Positions 48,987-58,162 of a stretch of 64,000 nt of DNA are shown piece by piece. Position 1 is the stretch's first letter. The number at the start of each line of letters is the position of its first letter. The DNA comes from a virus (taxonomy: Duplodnaviria > Caudoviricetes), in IMG/VR virus record IMGVR_UViG_3300033074_001927, positions 32,001-96,000 of that record. The stretch is one strand, 5' to 3'. The position numbers and the translations under genes are program-made. Below the pieces are notes generated by a model, which saw only the letters and a list, made by a program, of their open reading frames with translations, made no database searches and was not told where the DNA came from.

Positions 48987-49709
48987 CTATATAATATTCC
49001 ACTGAGAGCCGTTAAAAATCAAAGAGATAGATTGATAATTATTTGAAAAACGAAATGTGCTATTTCCATCTATTTGATGTGATGCACTAGTAACAAATAT
49101 ATTATACACCCAGGCATTTCCGCCAATATCTTTGATAACAAGCATTTGGCCAATCGATGGGCTTGTGTCCAAGCTAACATATAGAGGAGCTGACTGCGTG
49201 TTGTTAACAAGAATGACGGCATCGGAAGGCAGCGCCGAATAATTCGTATTTATTATGGTTGGCGTTATAGACAGCGAGCCGTTTATTACTATGGTGCCGT
49301 TAAATATACCAGAGCCTCCAACAACAATGTTGTCAATACCTGGAGGATCGTAAGAATCAGATCCGGCGCCATCGTCTGATATATCGACGCGCAACAAGTC
49401 TATAAAGCTTAGCGCCCCACTAATGCTACTAAGCACAGTCCAGTCGTCGTCAATATTGACCCTAAGATGACGCATTAGGCTCATTTCGCCACTACTTTCA
49501 GTATATGTTCCGGATGAATAAACATCTCCCACATCTATCCTAAGCAAATCCATCATGGAAGAAGATGTCATTATGCCGCTGGCGATGCCTGAGTCGTCTC
49601 CTATGTTAACTCTTACGTGTGACAGAAGAGATGAATTGATTACGCCAGTAGTATAAACCACCTCTGCATCGTCCCTAACATTTACTCTTATGTGGCCAAG
49701 TAAACTCAC
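48987..49709 (-). CDS. Virion protein with five LRVxIxDD repeats and a fibre-tip C-terminal domain
   Basis: HIRVNVRDD, HVRVNIGDD, LLRIDVGDV, HLRVNIDDD, LLRVDISDD; C-terminus FNGSQWNII resembles that of 48125..48982. Confidence 0.65.
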   Translation of the reverse strand: MSLLGHIRVNVRDDAEVVYTTGVINSSLLSHVRVNIGDDSGIASGIMTSSSMMDLLRIDVGDVYSSGTYTESSGEMSLMRHLRVNIDDDWTVLSSISGALSFIDLLRVDISDDGAGSDSYDPPGIDNIVVGGSGIFNGTIVINGSLSITPTIINTNYSALPSDAVILVNNTQSAPLYVSLDTSPSIGQMLVIKDIGGNAWVYNIFVTSASHQIDGNSTFRFSNNYQSISLIFNGSQWNII

Positions 49710-50071
49710 CTTAGCGGCTCTAGTCTCAGTCCAATTGATTTTATCAAACTATTACGCTCTTTTATTGACCCAACAGTTTTTACTGGACCTACATATTGTA
49801 CACCCACATATTTTGCTATAAGAACTAATTCTCTAAATGGCATCTTGCGCAAATCGCTAAATGTAAAAGATACATTACGTTTATTTGGCCCAAAGTGCTT
49901 TTCTAACCATTCTACAGAATATGTGGCCTCTTCTAATATGTCCTTGTGCGCCTCCCACTCTTTCATTCCTATGTCTGTAGGGCCCATAGTGCCATAGGCA
50001 TATGACTTGCCATATACTCTTTTACCACCAATAGTTGTATAGCCGTATGGACTTTTAAGATAGACTAACAT
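49706..50071 (-). CDS. Hypothetical protein
   Basis: 121-aa ORF following the capsid terminator. Confidence 0.7.
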   Translation of the reverse strand: MLVYLKSPYGYTTIGGKRVYGKSYAYGTMGPTDIGMKEWEAHKDILEEATYSVEWLEKHFGPNKRNVSFTFSDLRKMPFRELVLIAKYVGVQYVGPVKTVGSIKERNSLIKSIGLRLEPLR

Positions 50072-50079
50072 GGTTCACC

Positions 50080-50115
50080 AAAAAAAATAGCCGCCAACCT
50101 CTTCAGATTGGCGGC
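50080..50115 (-). terminator. Rho-independent terminator after the major capsid gene
   Basis: Minus strand reads GCCGCCAATCT-GAAG-AGGTTGGCGGC followed by TATTTTTTTT. Confidence 0.85.
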
Positions 50116-50140
50116 CACCTTAAGTTTAACTGCCTTCTTA

Positions 50141-51142
50141 TTAGAAGGTTCCGAGAAGCAGCCTACGATTATCAAGAACAGCAAACCCGTGCTCCATCCA
50201 CCCATAGAAGCCAGCCCTTTGCTGACGATGAAGGTTCGCGGCGTCGTCAAACACCTGCAACTCCTGCCTAATCGGTGAAACAAAGCTGTCGTTCGTGGTG
50301 CGATCAAGACCAACGACAAACTCCTGGTCAGTAGCGTCATTGACCGTAACTGACGCACCCAATACGTTAGTCAAATATAGTTGATATTCTTGACCAACGC
50401 CAAACTCTGTCATAGCGTGGAGTATGACGCCATAGAGCTTCATCATGTTGGCTCCGGCACTTGTGAGAATCTCACGACGAGTGACATCATCTATTTCGCT
50501 GATATCCCAAGCCCTAATGTCCTCAACAGCCTCCATTGAGAGATATACGTCGGTAAGGCGACCTGACTGACCGTTTCCACCAGCATTACGGGTCATTGCC
50601 GTAATCATCTTAGAAAGCAGTTCTTTTGTAAACTGACCAGCTTGCGCAACTGAGTCATTTACAACCAGTCCACGACCATTAGCCGCAGCCAACAGGGTGT
50701 GCCAGCCGTCCTCATTGATCTTGCGAACAAAACCCATTTTGAAGACGTCTAGTGCTCGAGAAACGATATCCCAACGAGCGTCACGAGCATAACGCAAACT
50801 CCAGTCAATAGAGTTGGCTATCTGGAAGGTTGGAACCCAAAGCTCGTCACCCTCAACGTGACGCTCTGGAACTCGACCCTGCTTTGGAAGAGTATAGGCT
50901 GTAAAGTCTATATCTTCCTGGCCTGGTCGAATAAAATCCAGCTGGTAGTTGGCTTGCGCGCCAGGAGCAAGAACGTGGCGAGCAAATATGCCGCCAAGAT
51001 TGTCCTCGTCAAAGATTCCTTTGCGAAGCGGCTCAGTTAGGGCCGCAGCGAGCGCATTTTGCGCTGCAACCGCCGCTGCTGGATTCTCTGACGCGGTAGC
51101 TTGAAGCAGTTTTATGCTCTCATCACTCATGTTATACTTCAT
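50141..51142 (-). CDS. Major capsid protein (HK97 fold expected)
   Basis: Follows protease/scaffold and decoration genes; strong AAGGAG SD; downstream terminator; C-terminal GFYGWMEHGFAVLD pattern. Confidence 0.85.
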   Translation of the reverse strand: MKYNMSDESIKLLQATASENPAAAVAAQNALAAALTEPLRKGIFDEDNLGGIFARHVLAPGAQANYQLDFIRPGQEDIDFTAYTLPKQGRVPERHVEGDELWVPTFQIANSIDWSLRYARDARWDIVSRALDVFKMGFVRKINEDGWHTLLAAANGRGLVVNDSVAQAGQFTKELLSKMITAMTRNAGGNGQSGRLTDVYLSMEAVEDIRAWDISEIDDVTRREILTSAGANMMKLYGVILHAMTEFGVGQEYQLYLTNVLGASVTVNDATDQEFVVGLDRTTNDSFVSPIRQELQVFDDAANLHRQQRAGFYGWMEHGFAVLDNRRLLLGTF

Positions 51143-51153
51143 TGCTTTTCTCC

Positions 51154-51594
51154 TTATAGATCCACTAGGACGCTAACATACCCGTTAGCATCTGGTGCTG
51201 TCCTAAATCGACCTACAAGCGGAGCTGGATTAACTCCGTCAGTCAACTGAGTTGCACCAATAAATCCTGATGGGTGTAGATAGGCAAGTTGACCCTGCGT
51301 TGGTGTTCCAACCACCATGTTTGTTTGAAATTCACCCTTATTTGCGATACCGACTACGCTGCCGACATCAACTACGTTACGTTGCAAATACTCGGGATGA
51401 CGATCAAAGTTTAGTGCTTCTACATCATCAAGCAATATGCCAACCGGATTTACGCTAGTTCCTGTTGGAACCGCAGCATAAGTAACCGCACCAGCCGTCG
51501 CTGAGGTGCAGACTATTCCGCCCCTAGCAGCAACCTCGTTCATTGCATACTTTATTGTGGTTTGAAAAACCTGCCTGTTTGGTCCTAGAGCCAT
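51154..51594 (-). CDS. Capsid decoration/cement protein
   Basis: 146 aa, beta-rich, PVGILL...GQLAYL...VGRF; directly before the capsid gene. Confidence 0.65.
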   Translation of the reverse strand: MALGPNRQVFQTTIKYAMNEVAARGGIVCTSATAGAVTYAAVPTGTSVNPVGILLDDVEALNFDRHPEYLQRNVVDVGSVVGIANKGEFQTNMVVGTPTQGQLAYLHPSGFIGATQLTDGVNPAPLVGRFRTAPDANGYVSVLVDL

Positions 51595-51602
51595 TAGTCC
51601 TC

Positions 51603-53135
51603 CTATTTTGACTTTCCAGCAGCAAGAAGTTCTTGTGCCAATGTCTTCATTCGCTCAACAACATCTTCTGCTAGATTCGTGACCTCGACTCCGGCAGAAA
51701 CGTGTTCATCAACAGTTACATTTTCTAATACACTTGTGTCTACAAATTCTGCTTCTGTTTTTGTTTCAGGAGCAGGAATGTTTTCTTGTGTCTCGGCAAC
51801 AGTAGCCACAGCCTCTTTCTCAACAAGAGAAAGCAACTCTTCTGTTTCCGCAATGTATTCGTCAAAAAGCTCATCACTCATTGACTCACACTTTGTATAC
51901 ATTTTGTCTTTTTTGCCCTTCATTTTCGCGGCATCGGCACAAAAACGAGAGAGTAGAGAATCTATGCGAGCACTGCGATCAGCCATAATTTTTTCTTTTG
52001 CAATCGCAGCAAGTTGCGCAACAGCCTCTTCTAGCTTTTTCTGAGTTTCGGCGTGACCAGCAAGTTTCTTGCCAATTATGGAGGCAAGAACCTCAAAAAA
52101 CCTGTCCGCTCCAACATCATTAAGTTCTGATGCGTCGGCACCAAGAACTTCCTCGAGCAGTTTTGGTGCGCCAACAATGACTGACATTAACGAGTCTAGG
52201 CCTGACTGCGCCTCAGCATATTTATCAAGGACCTCTTTAAGCTCGGCTCCTTTTGTCTCAAGTGACGTGTTTGCCTCAGCTATACGATCAAGCATGTTTT
52301 TATACTCGTCGGCTTCAACCGAAACTTCTGCTTTTGTTTTTGGTTCTGACATCTTTGTTACTTCCTCCGAGTGCGTATTAAATACTTCGCCAATTGTATG
52401 TTTTATTACTACATCATCAATAGTGTGTTCAACAACTGACGCATTTGAAATCATATATATTACAGAGTCTTTGTTCGCGGGGTTCTCGACAAGTCCAACT
52501 CCACCAAACGTTATATCTCTTAATACCCTACTTATCTTGTTCCCTCTATAAAAACCTTCGCCACCTTTCGACCTAAGGTAAGAGTCAAGAAAGGATGTTT
52601 CTTCATTTCTTGCAACTATTCTAGAGCCAATCTTATAGTCGTAGGCTTTGAACCACGCCTCCATAGAAACAAATAGCTTTCCTTCAGTTGCAAGCTTAGC
52701 TATTCTTTCTGATGTTTTAGGAAACAAATACTTGTATATTACAGCTTGATTTACTATGTCGTAGTCTTGTGGAACGGAAGCTATCGCAAGATCGTCTGGA
52801 AGTCTATTACCGTCTTTTGACGTGGCGTATGAATTAAACATTACGCCAATGATTTGATTGTCCTCAACGATACTTTTTTTATTGCTAAGGTCAGCAAGAG
52901 CGTTATCTATTACTTCTCGTCCGGTATTGTGTTCCCAATCTACTGGCTTAAATACTGGTGACTTGCGCGCCTTCCACATCTCTTCTGGCAAAAACACATC
53001 ATCATTTTTATTTTCGCCAGCACTTACCAGCACGCTGTCCATATACATAAGGTCTGGCTGAACCTCAACAGAGGCTACAGCCCTTTCAGGCCTTGTTTGT
53101 ATGGAAAGCTTTGCTAGCACAAGTGTTTTATCCAT
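51603..53135 (-). CDS. Prohead protease fused to scaffold
   Basis: NKNDDVF, KPVDWEH, VSME, FGGVGLVENPA protease-like N-half; acidic coiled-coil C-half. Confidence 0.75.
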   Translation of the reverse strand: MDKTLVLAKLSIQTRPERAVASVEVQPDLMYMDSVLVSAGENKNDDVFLPEEMWKARKSPVFKPVDWEHNTGREVIDNALADLSNKKSIVEDNQIIGVMFNSYATSKDGNRLPDDLAIASVPQDYDIVNQAVIYKYLFPKTSERIAKLATEGKLFVSMEAWFKAYDYKIGSRIVARNEETSFLDSYLRSKGGEGFYRGNKISRVLRDITFGGVGLVENPANKDSVIYMISNASVVEHTIDDVVIKHTIGEVFNTHSEEVTKMSEPKTKAEVSVEADEYKNMLDRIAEANTSLETKGAELKEVLDKYAEAQSGLDSLMSVIVGAPKLLEEVLGADASELNDVGADRFFEVLASIIGKKLAGHAETQKKLEEAVAQLAAIAKEKIMADRSARIDSLLSRFCADAAKMKGKKDKMYTKCESMSDELFDEYIAETEELLSLVEKEAVATVAETQENIPAPETKTEAEFVDTSVLENVTVDEHVSAGVEVTNLAEDVVERMKTLAQELLAAGKSK

Positions 53136-53154
53136 TTTTCACCATAACTAAATT

Positions 53155-53168
53155 CTTATACACATAAA
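53155..53168 (-). promoter_or_regulatory. Putative late promoter TTTATGTGTATAAG
   Basis: Intergenic, upstream of the protease-decoration-capsid operon; identical to 42497..42510. Confidence 0.7.
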
Positions 53169-53207
53169 AGTGCACATTTGCACAGGTATGGAAAAAGTGT
53201 GTCGCAA

Positions 53208-53612
53208 CTACTTTTGCTTCTTCTGCTTGCGCGAAGGCTGCGGAACATCATCATCTAGTGGAATTATATTGCGGGCCTCGTCTTTTTGTGGTTTATGAAC
53301 AAGTTTTGCGCCATCTTTTCCGTTGACCGTGCGCTTGGCCTCGCCCATCTTCTTGTTATTAATGTTTTTAGGATAGATATTTAAAGAGTTCGCAACAATT
53401 GGCTCGTTTTTTGGATCAATCTTAATAAGATCACTATAGGATATTTGAGAAATTTTGTCTCTCCTATCTATTGAGTGAAAATTATTCACCTTGGTAGGCT
53501 CGAGCCTAGACGGATCCTTTGCTGAAAGAAAAGCTTCTTTAGCTATTCTTTTTTGCTTTTCTATAGCTTTTTTTGTTATAAACGGATTTGATTTATCCTT
53601 ACTCATTGTCAT
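53208..53612 (-). CDS. Hypothetical basic protein
   Basis: 134 aa, Lys-rich, overlaps the portal end. Confidence 0.6.
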   Translation of the reverse strand: MTMSKDKSNPFITKKAIEKQKRIAKEAFLSAKDPSRLEPTKVNNFHSIDRRDKISQISYSDLIKIDPKNEPIVANSLNIYPKNINNKKMGEAKRTVNGKDGAKLVHKPQKDEARNIIPLDDDVPQPSRKQKKQK

Positions 53613-55851
53613 TCTCCATCAGTATGTGTGTCATGGTCGTAATTGATATAGCTCGTCTCTCAGATATTGTTGAAGACGGCATGCGCTCCTTAAAGGAATT
53701 TAATAGAGATACGTATGAGCTGTCTAGTGTGGAAAGGTCTAGACTGGCCTCTATTGAGGCCGAACTCAATTCTAGTGGGTTTGAATTTATATAAACCAAA
53801 GACACTAGATTTTCTAAGTCAAGCTTGTCTTTGCGAGACAATTGTTTTTTATATTTAACTCCGCGAGCATCCAACATTCTTTTTGTTACAGCCGCCTCAA
53901 CCATCAAAAACGCGTCTTCTGCGATGGCGCGTATCTTTGCAGCGTCTATAGCCCCCATACCCATGCCGGTTGGCTTTGTATCCCGCTTCTTTTTGTGGGG
54001 AATTCCCTTTGTTCCAGATGGGCGCCCATTTTTCCTTACATGTAATGGAGATTGAGATGGGCGATTCCTTTGATTCGGACCGTCTGTTGGTTTCGCCATC
54101 TTGTTTATTTCTCGCTGCTTTTCAATCTCTAGATCTTTTTGCAGCTCCATTGTTTCTTCCTGGTCCATCATGTTCATGGGTTCTCTAAATGGACCAAATT
54201 TTGTAAAGACGCCTTCTTTTTCAGAAAGCTCTTTTTCTCTACGCAATCTTTCTATTTCTATATTTGTTTCAACGTCAAATATCTCGTGAACGCGCTCTGC
54301 GCTAATTATATTACGGTCCAGTAGCTGAACTATTAGTTGTTTTTCAGCTTGCTCATCTCTTAGAGACATGTGGCCAAATTTAACAGTAGGAATTTCTCTA
54401 TGTCCCATTGTGCGGGCAACTAGGCGCAATTGAGCGTTTAGCCACCTCATTACGGCATTGCGGCCGTCCTCGAGACGCTCTAAAAGGGCGCGAACCTGGA
54501 GGAAGGCGTTAGAGAAGCTGCCGCCTTCAGATCCAGACACAAGAATAGATGGAACGCCAAGACCAGCCAAAATGTCACGGTCAACGCTCTTGTACTTGTC
54601 TTGTGACAATATTTTATCAACGGGCGGATAGCTTGTCTCCATACTTATTGCGTCATTCCACACAATGTTATGCGAATAGGTAGGAGTTCGCAACATTTCA
54701 GCAAGCTTCTTTACCTGTTTCTCTGTTGCAACATATCCGTCTTTTATTGAGCCGAGTTTGAAGATCGTTATAGCGTTTATGATGCTATTTGTAACACTCA
54801 TGTCCATTGAGCGCAGCTGTTGCTTATATAGCACATCGTTCATGACAGGCCAGACCATAGGATCGGCCCAGTCCTCATGATCGTCCTTCATGTAATGAAG
54901 GGTGGCCAGTTTCATCGGATCTAGAGGTATATAGTCTTTCTTTTTGTTTGCCTTCTTAAATTCTGGCGGCAGATTTACCTTTGTTTCATCTAAAACATCA
55001 GTGGTGTCATATTTATATATATCTTTTCTTTTTATCTCTTCTGATGTTTCTATATCTGGAATAAAAACCCACCTGCTTTCTCCAAAATATTTTGTGCCAA
55101 CAATGTCCATTTGAAACGGATTTAGTAACGTATACCTCCAAGGTATCTGTCTGTCTGAAAATTTTTCAACCTCATGCGGATTGTTTACATCCTTAATGTC
55201 CGAGTCTTTTGAAATACCCTCCTCATCTTTCCCTACGCTCTTTTTCATCTTGTTGTAGGTTGTGGCATCTATTTTGCCATTGGATGTATATATAAATACA
55301 TTGCCGTATTTGTAATAATATCTAAGAATGTCTTTTACACGCCCCTGTATGTCGGTAGCCTCAAACCATCTCTCGTAAAACTTTTGAACCGCAGGTCGTG
55401 GATGAATGACTTTTACGCCCTCAGATGCAAAATTACACATCAGGTCAATTACATTTTTTATTATACCAAACCCCTTATACGCCTCTACAGCCATAGCCAT
55501 CTTGACGTGCGCAAGGCGCGTAGTCTTTGTAAATTTAACCCTTGCTCCCTTGTCATCAAAGATGGATGGCGTAAGAGACTGTGACCAAAGATTTTGTGTA
55601 CCTATTCCGAAAGGCTGGAGACAAAATCCCTCTGGTATTCTGCCAAGGCCATCCACGAATGACCTGCCGTGCCCATTAAGACCCCAGCCACCATCTCCAG
55701 TATAATTAAATCCTCGTTTTTGAGAAACGTCCGCTGCTGATGCTGATGAAATATCGGCGTTTGCCTTTTCATAAGCTTCCATAGTATCTTCAATTGCATT
55801 GGATAATCCAAAGTCCATATTGCTAAATACTATCTTACTGTCGTATTTCAT
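53599..55851 (-). CDS. Portal protein
   Basis: 750 aa directly after TerL; IKNVIDLMCNF, YYKYGNVF, ILAGLGVP patterns. Confidence 0.82.
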   Translation of the reverse strand: MKYDSKIVFSNMDFGLSNAIEDTMEAYEKANADISSASAADVSQKRGFNYTGDGGWGLNGHGRSFVDGLGRIPEGFCLQPFGIGTQNLWSQSLTPSIFDDKGARVKFTKTTRLAHVKMAMAVEAYKGFGIIKNVIDLMCNFASEGVKVIHPRPAVQKFYERWFEATDIQGRVKDILRYYYKYGNVFIYTSNGKIDATTYNKMKKSVGKDEEGISKDSDIKDVNNPHEVEKFSDRQIPWRYTLLNPFQMDIVGTKYFGESRWVFIPDIETSEEIKRKDIYKYDTTDVLDETKVNLPPEFKKANKKKDYIPLDPMKLATLHYMKDDHEDWADPMVWPVMNDVLYKQQLRSMDMSVTNSIINAITIFKLGSIKDGYVATEKQVKKLAEMLRTPTYSHNIVWNDAISMETSYPPVDKILSQDKYKSVDRDILAGLGVPSILVSGSEGGSFSNAFLQVRALLERLEDGRNAVMRWLNAQLRLVARTMGHREIPTVKFGHMSLRDEQAEKQLIVQLLDRNIISAERVHEIFDVETNIEIERLRREKELSEKEGVFTKFGPFREPMNMMDQEETMELQKDLEIEKQREINKMAKPTDGPNQRNRPSQSPLHVRKNGRPSGTKGIPHKKKRDTKPTGMGMGAIDAAKIRAIAEDAFLMVEAAVTKRMLDARGVKYKKQLSRKDKLDLENLVSLVYINSNPLELSSASIEASLDLSTLDSSYVSLLNSFKERMPSSTISERRAISITTMTHILMENDNE

Positions 55852-55884
55852 ATACTCTCCAATTGTATTGGTAACTAGATTACA

Positions 55885-55891
55885 AATACAC
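55885..55891 (-). promoter_or_regulatory. Putative late promoter variant GTGTATT upstream of the portal gene
   Basis: Same core motif, overlapping the TerL stop codon. Confidence 0.45.
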
Positions 55892-57699
55892 TATATAAAG
55901 TCTATCCAGTCACCAATAAATGGCTCTATCTCGTGTTGTGATTCTGATTTATATGATCGTCCAGCATAAGAGGCCAAAAGAAGGGCGCTGTATCTATCTT
56001 TCCTTTGCACGGTCTTAATATTTGCCGCACTTGGAGTCTCTGGCAAATCAAAGTGCTGAATGCCGGTCTTCGTTGCACTAACAACTATCATGCACATTTC
56101 GTTTATTTGTTCGGCTATTTCATCCCAAACAGCATCCTCATCAACGTTGTGCGCAAATGAAGATGTGGACAAATAAGGGAAAAATATCCTTTTATGCTCA
56201 ATATCTGCAGCCAGCCCGTAGTTTGCGTCCGCTATCCAGGAAGGGGTAAAATTGACCATGTCCAGTATGTGAATGCCGTCATACCGCCTCTGCTCTTTGT
56301 CATTGTATCTAAATATGGGTTTTTCTCCAGGCTGTAGCAATTCTACGTTTTGCAACAAGTCCTCTACGGAAGTGCCTCCGCCGCCAGAGTCCATAGCTAT
56401 TCTGACTATGTTAAACTTGGTGAGTAATTCGCGAATCTTGCGCGTACAAGAAACAAAGTTTTTATTATTTGCCGTCCAACAATATACGTTACGCATAGAC
56501 CCGTCTGGCATTAGCTTAACTATAGATATTGCAAAATTGTCGGTTTTTCTTGCTGGATCGATGCCCATCACATATTCATAAGAAGCGTCTCCAACAAGTT
56601 CAACAGAAAAGGATTCTCCTCCATCAACTTCTCCTGGTGTCGCATCCTTTATTGCTGTGCGCTTAAAAAATCCGTCAGAATCAGTCGGAAACTGACATTC
56701 ATACTCCATCTGAAACATTGCCTTTGGCATGGTTGCCATAGCTTGCGCTATCTGTTTGTCATCCATAAATCCCTTCGGCAATCCCGTATATGGCAATTGC
56801 ACAATTGCGTAATCCCTATAGTCTATGTGCCCTTGCTCTTCTCCAACGGCCTCTCCAAATGTCTTATTCAAGTCTCTTGCATCTCCAATAAACTTGCTAT
56901 CAATAATGGCTTTATGCATACTGTATAGTTTCCAAAAATGATTGAACTGATAGTATGCTGTCCCACTATATATTATTTTGTTGCCTCTTATTCTTTTTCG
57001 GTCCGATGCTTTCATCTTGCCGCGCTTAATTAAATCATCTTCCATTTGTATCTGCTTGGCGGCTTTTACCGGGTCTGTAGAGACTGCGGCGAAACCTCTA
57101 ACAACTACCTGAAATATCTCTTCAGGTATGGAAGCATACTCGTCGCAAAGGATGTCTGACGCACGAATTCCGCGTATACGCTCTCCATTACCCAATGGGA
57201 GCGCAATTACGCTAGATACGCCTCCTCCAAATTCCATAATGCACTGGTCGTTTGGAGTCTTAATCATGCTAACACACTGACGCATGATTGGGGATTCGTC
57301 ATAAATCTTTTTGAGATAGTCAAAAACTATTTTGCTCTGTCTAAAAGACGCCGCAACTATTACAATCTTTGAGCCAGGACATAACATCGCTCTTAGAGCG
57401 CAATAGACGGCCAATAGCCAACTCTTTCCGGCTCCACGAGAAGCAAGAAAGACAGGAAATGTTTTATGCCATAACGTCTCTAATATAACGGACTGGAACG
57501 GCGCCAAATCCATCGGCGAGCCCTTCCACTTCAAAAGATTGTGCGCAGCAAATGTGAGGTTGTTATCAAATATGTCTATTAGTTCTTCACCAATATCAGA
57601 GAACTTGCCAAATCTTTCTAGAAACGGATTTACTAGCCTCTCGTTTAGGTCGTAATAGGCTGGAAGTCTGCCTCCATTAAGTATTAACTTGTCGCCCAT
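55891..57699 (-). CDS. terL: Terminase large subunit
   Basis: PFQ, Walker A ASRGAGKS, IRGIRA, Walker B ILCDE, FQMEY, nuclease VMGIDPA...KDRYSA. Confidence 0.93.
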   Translation of the reverse strand: MGDKLILNGGRLPAYYDLNERLVNPFLERFGKFSDIGEELIDIFDNNLTFAAHNLLKWKGSPMDLAPFQSVILETLWHKTFPVFLASRGAGKSWLLAVYCALRAMLCPGSKIVIVAASFRQSKIVFDYLKKIYDESPIMRQCVSMIKTPNDQCIMEFGGGVSSVIALPLGNGERIRGIRASDILCDEYASIPEEIFQVVVRGFAAVSTDPVKAAKQIQMEDDLIKRGKMKASDRKRIRGNKIIYSGTAYYQFNHFWKLYSMHKAIIDSKFIGDARDLNKTFGEAVGEEQGHIDYRDYAIVQLPYTGLPKGFMDDKQIAQAMATMPKAMFQMEYECQFPTDSDGFFKRTAIKDATPGEVDGGESFSVELVGDASYEYVMGIDPARKTDNFAISIVKLMPDGSMRNVYCWTANNKNFVSCTRKIRELLTKFNIVRIAMDSGGGGTSVEDLLQNVELLQPGEKPIFRYNDKEQRRYDGIHILDMVNFTPSWIADANYGLAADIEHKRIFFPYLSTSSFAHNVDEDAVWDEIAEQINEMCMIVVSATKTGIQHFDLPETPSAANIKTVQRKDRYSALLLASYAGRSYKSESQHEIEPFIGDWIDFI

Positions 57700-58162
57700 C
57701 AGTTATAATGCCTTCCTCACAATACTTCCATAGCTTAATAAGCAACTGGCGAACATATGCCTGCGCTATGTCCTTTCTTTTCGATGTAAAAATTACATGG
57801 ATGCCATGCTTTTGTTCTAAGGAAATAAGTTTGCTTATTATCAATTCTGGCTTGACCTTGCTATAAGGTATGCCTGACATAACATCAGCAAGAGTTGCTT
57901 CCACGACCAAATATCTGGCTGGTATAGATTTTGCCCTCTCCATTTCCTTCATGAAGCGGTCATTTTGCTGTATAAGTGAGCCCCAAAGATCTGTTATTGA
58001 CTTTCTTTCCACCATGATGAGGTGCTCATAGCCGCCAATACTATAGTCTCCAGTATCAAGCTTTTTTATTTCCATGCCGGCACAAGTAGAAGAGGCTCTG
58101 AACGACCAGCCCGTTCCCGGCTTCTCTCTAGTGTCCCTTATTATTGTTGGTAGTTTTTTCAT
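57677..58162 (-). CDS. ERCC4/XPF-family nuclease
   Basis: IIRDTREK, LDTGDYSI, MVERKSITDL. Confidence 0.88.
   Translation of the reverse strand: MKKLPTIIRDTREKPGTGWSFRASSTCAGMEIKKLDTGDYSIGGYEHLIMVERKSITDLWGSLIQQNDRFMKEMERAKSIPARYLVVEATLADVMSGIPYSKVKPELIISKLISLEQKHGIHVIFTSKRKDIAQAYVRQLLIKLWKYCEEGIITDGRQVNT

Noticed and set aside
48125-49240. Diversity-generating retroelement template/variable repeat pair
   Set aside because: Similarity is at the protein level with differences not limited to adenines, both copies are coding, and no reverse transcriptase is in the window.
50065-50358. 97-aa alternative-frame ORF at the capsid 3' end (possible frameshift extension)
   Set aside because: It runs through the terminator hairpin, has no recognisable domain, and no clear slippery site was seen.
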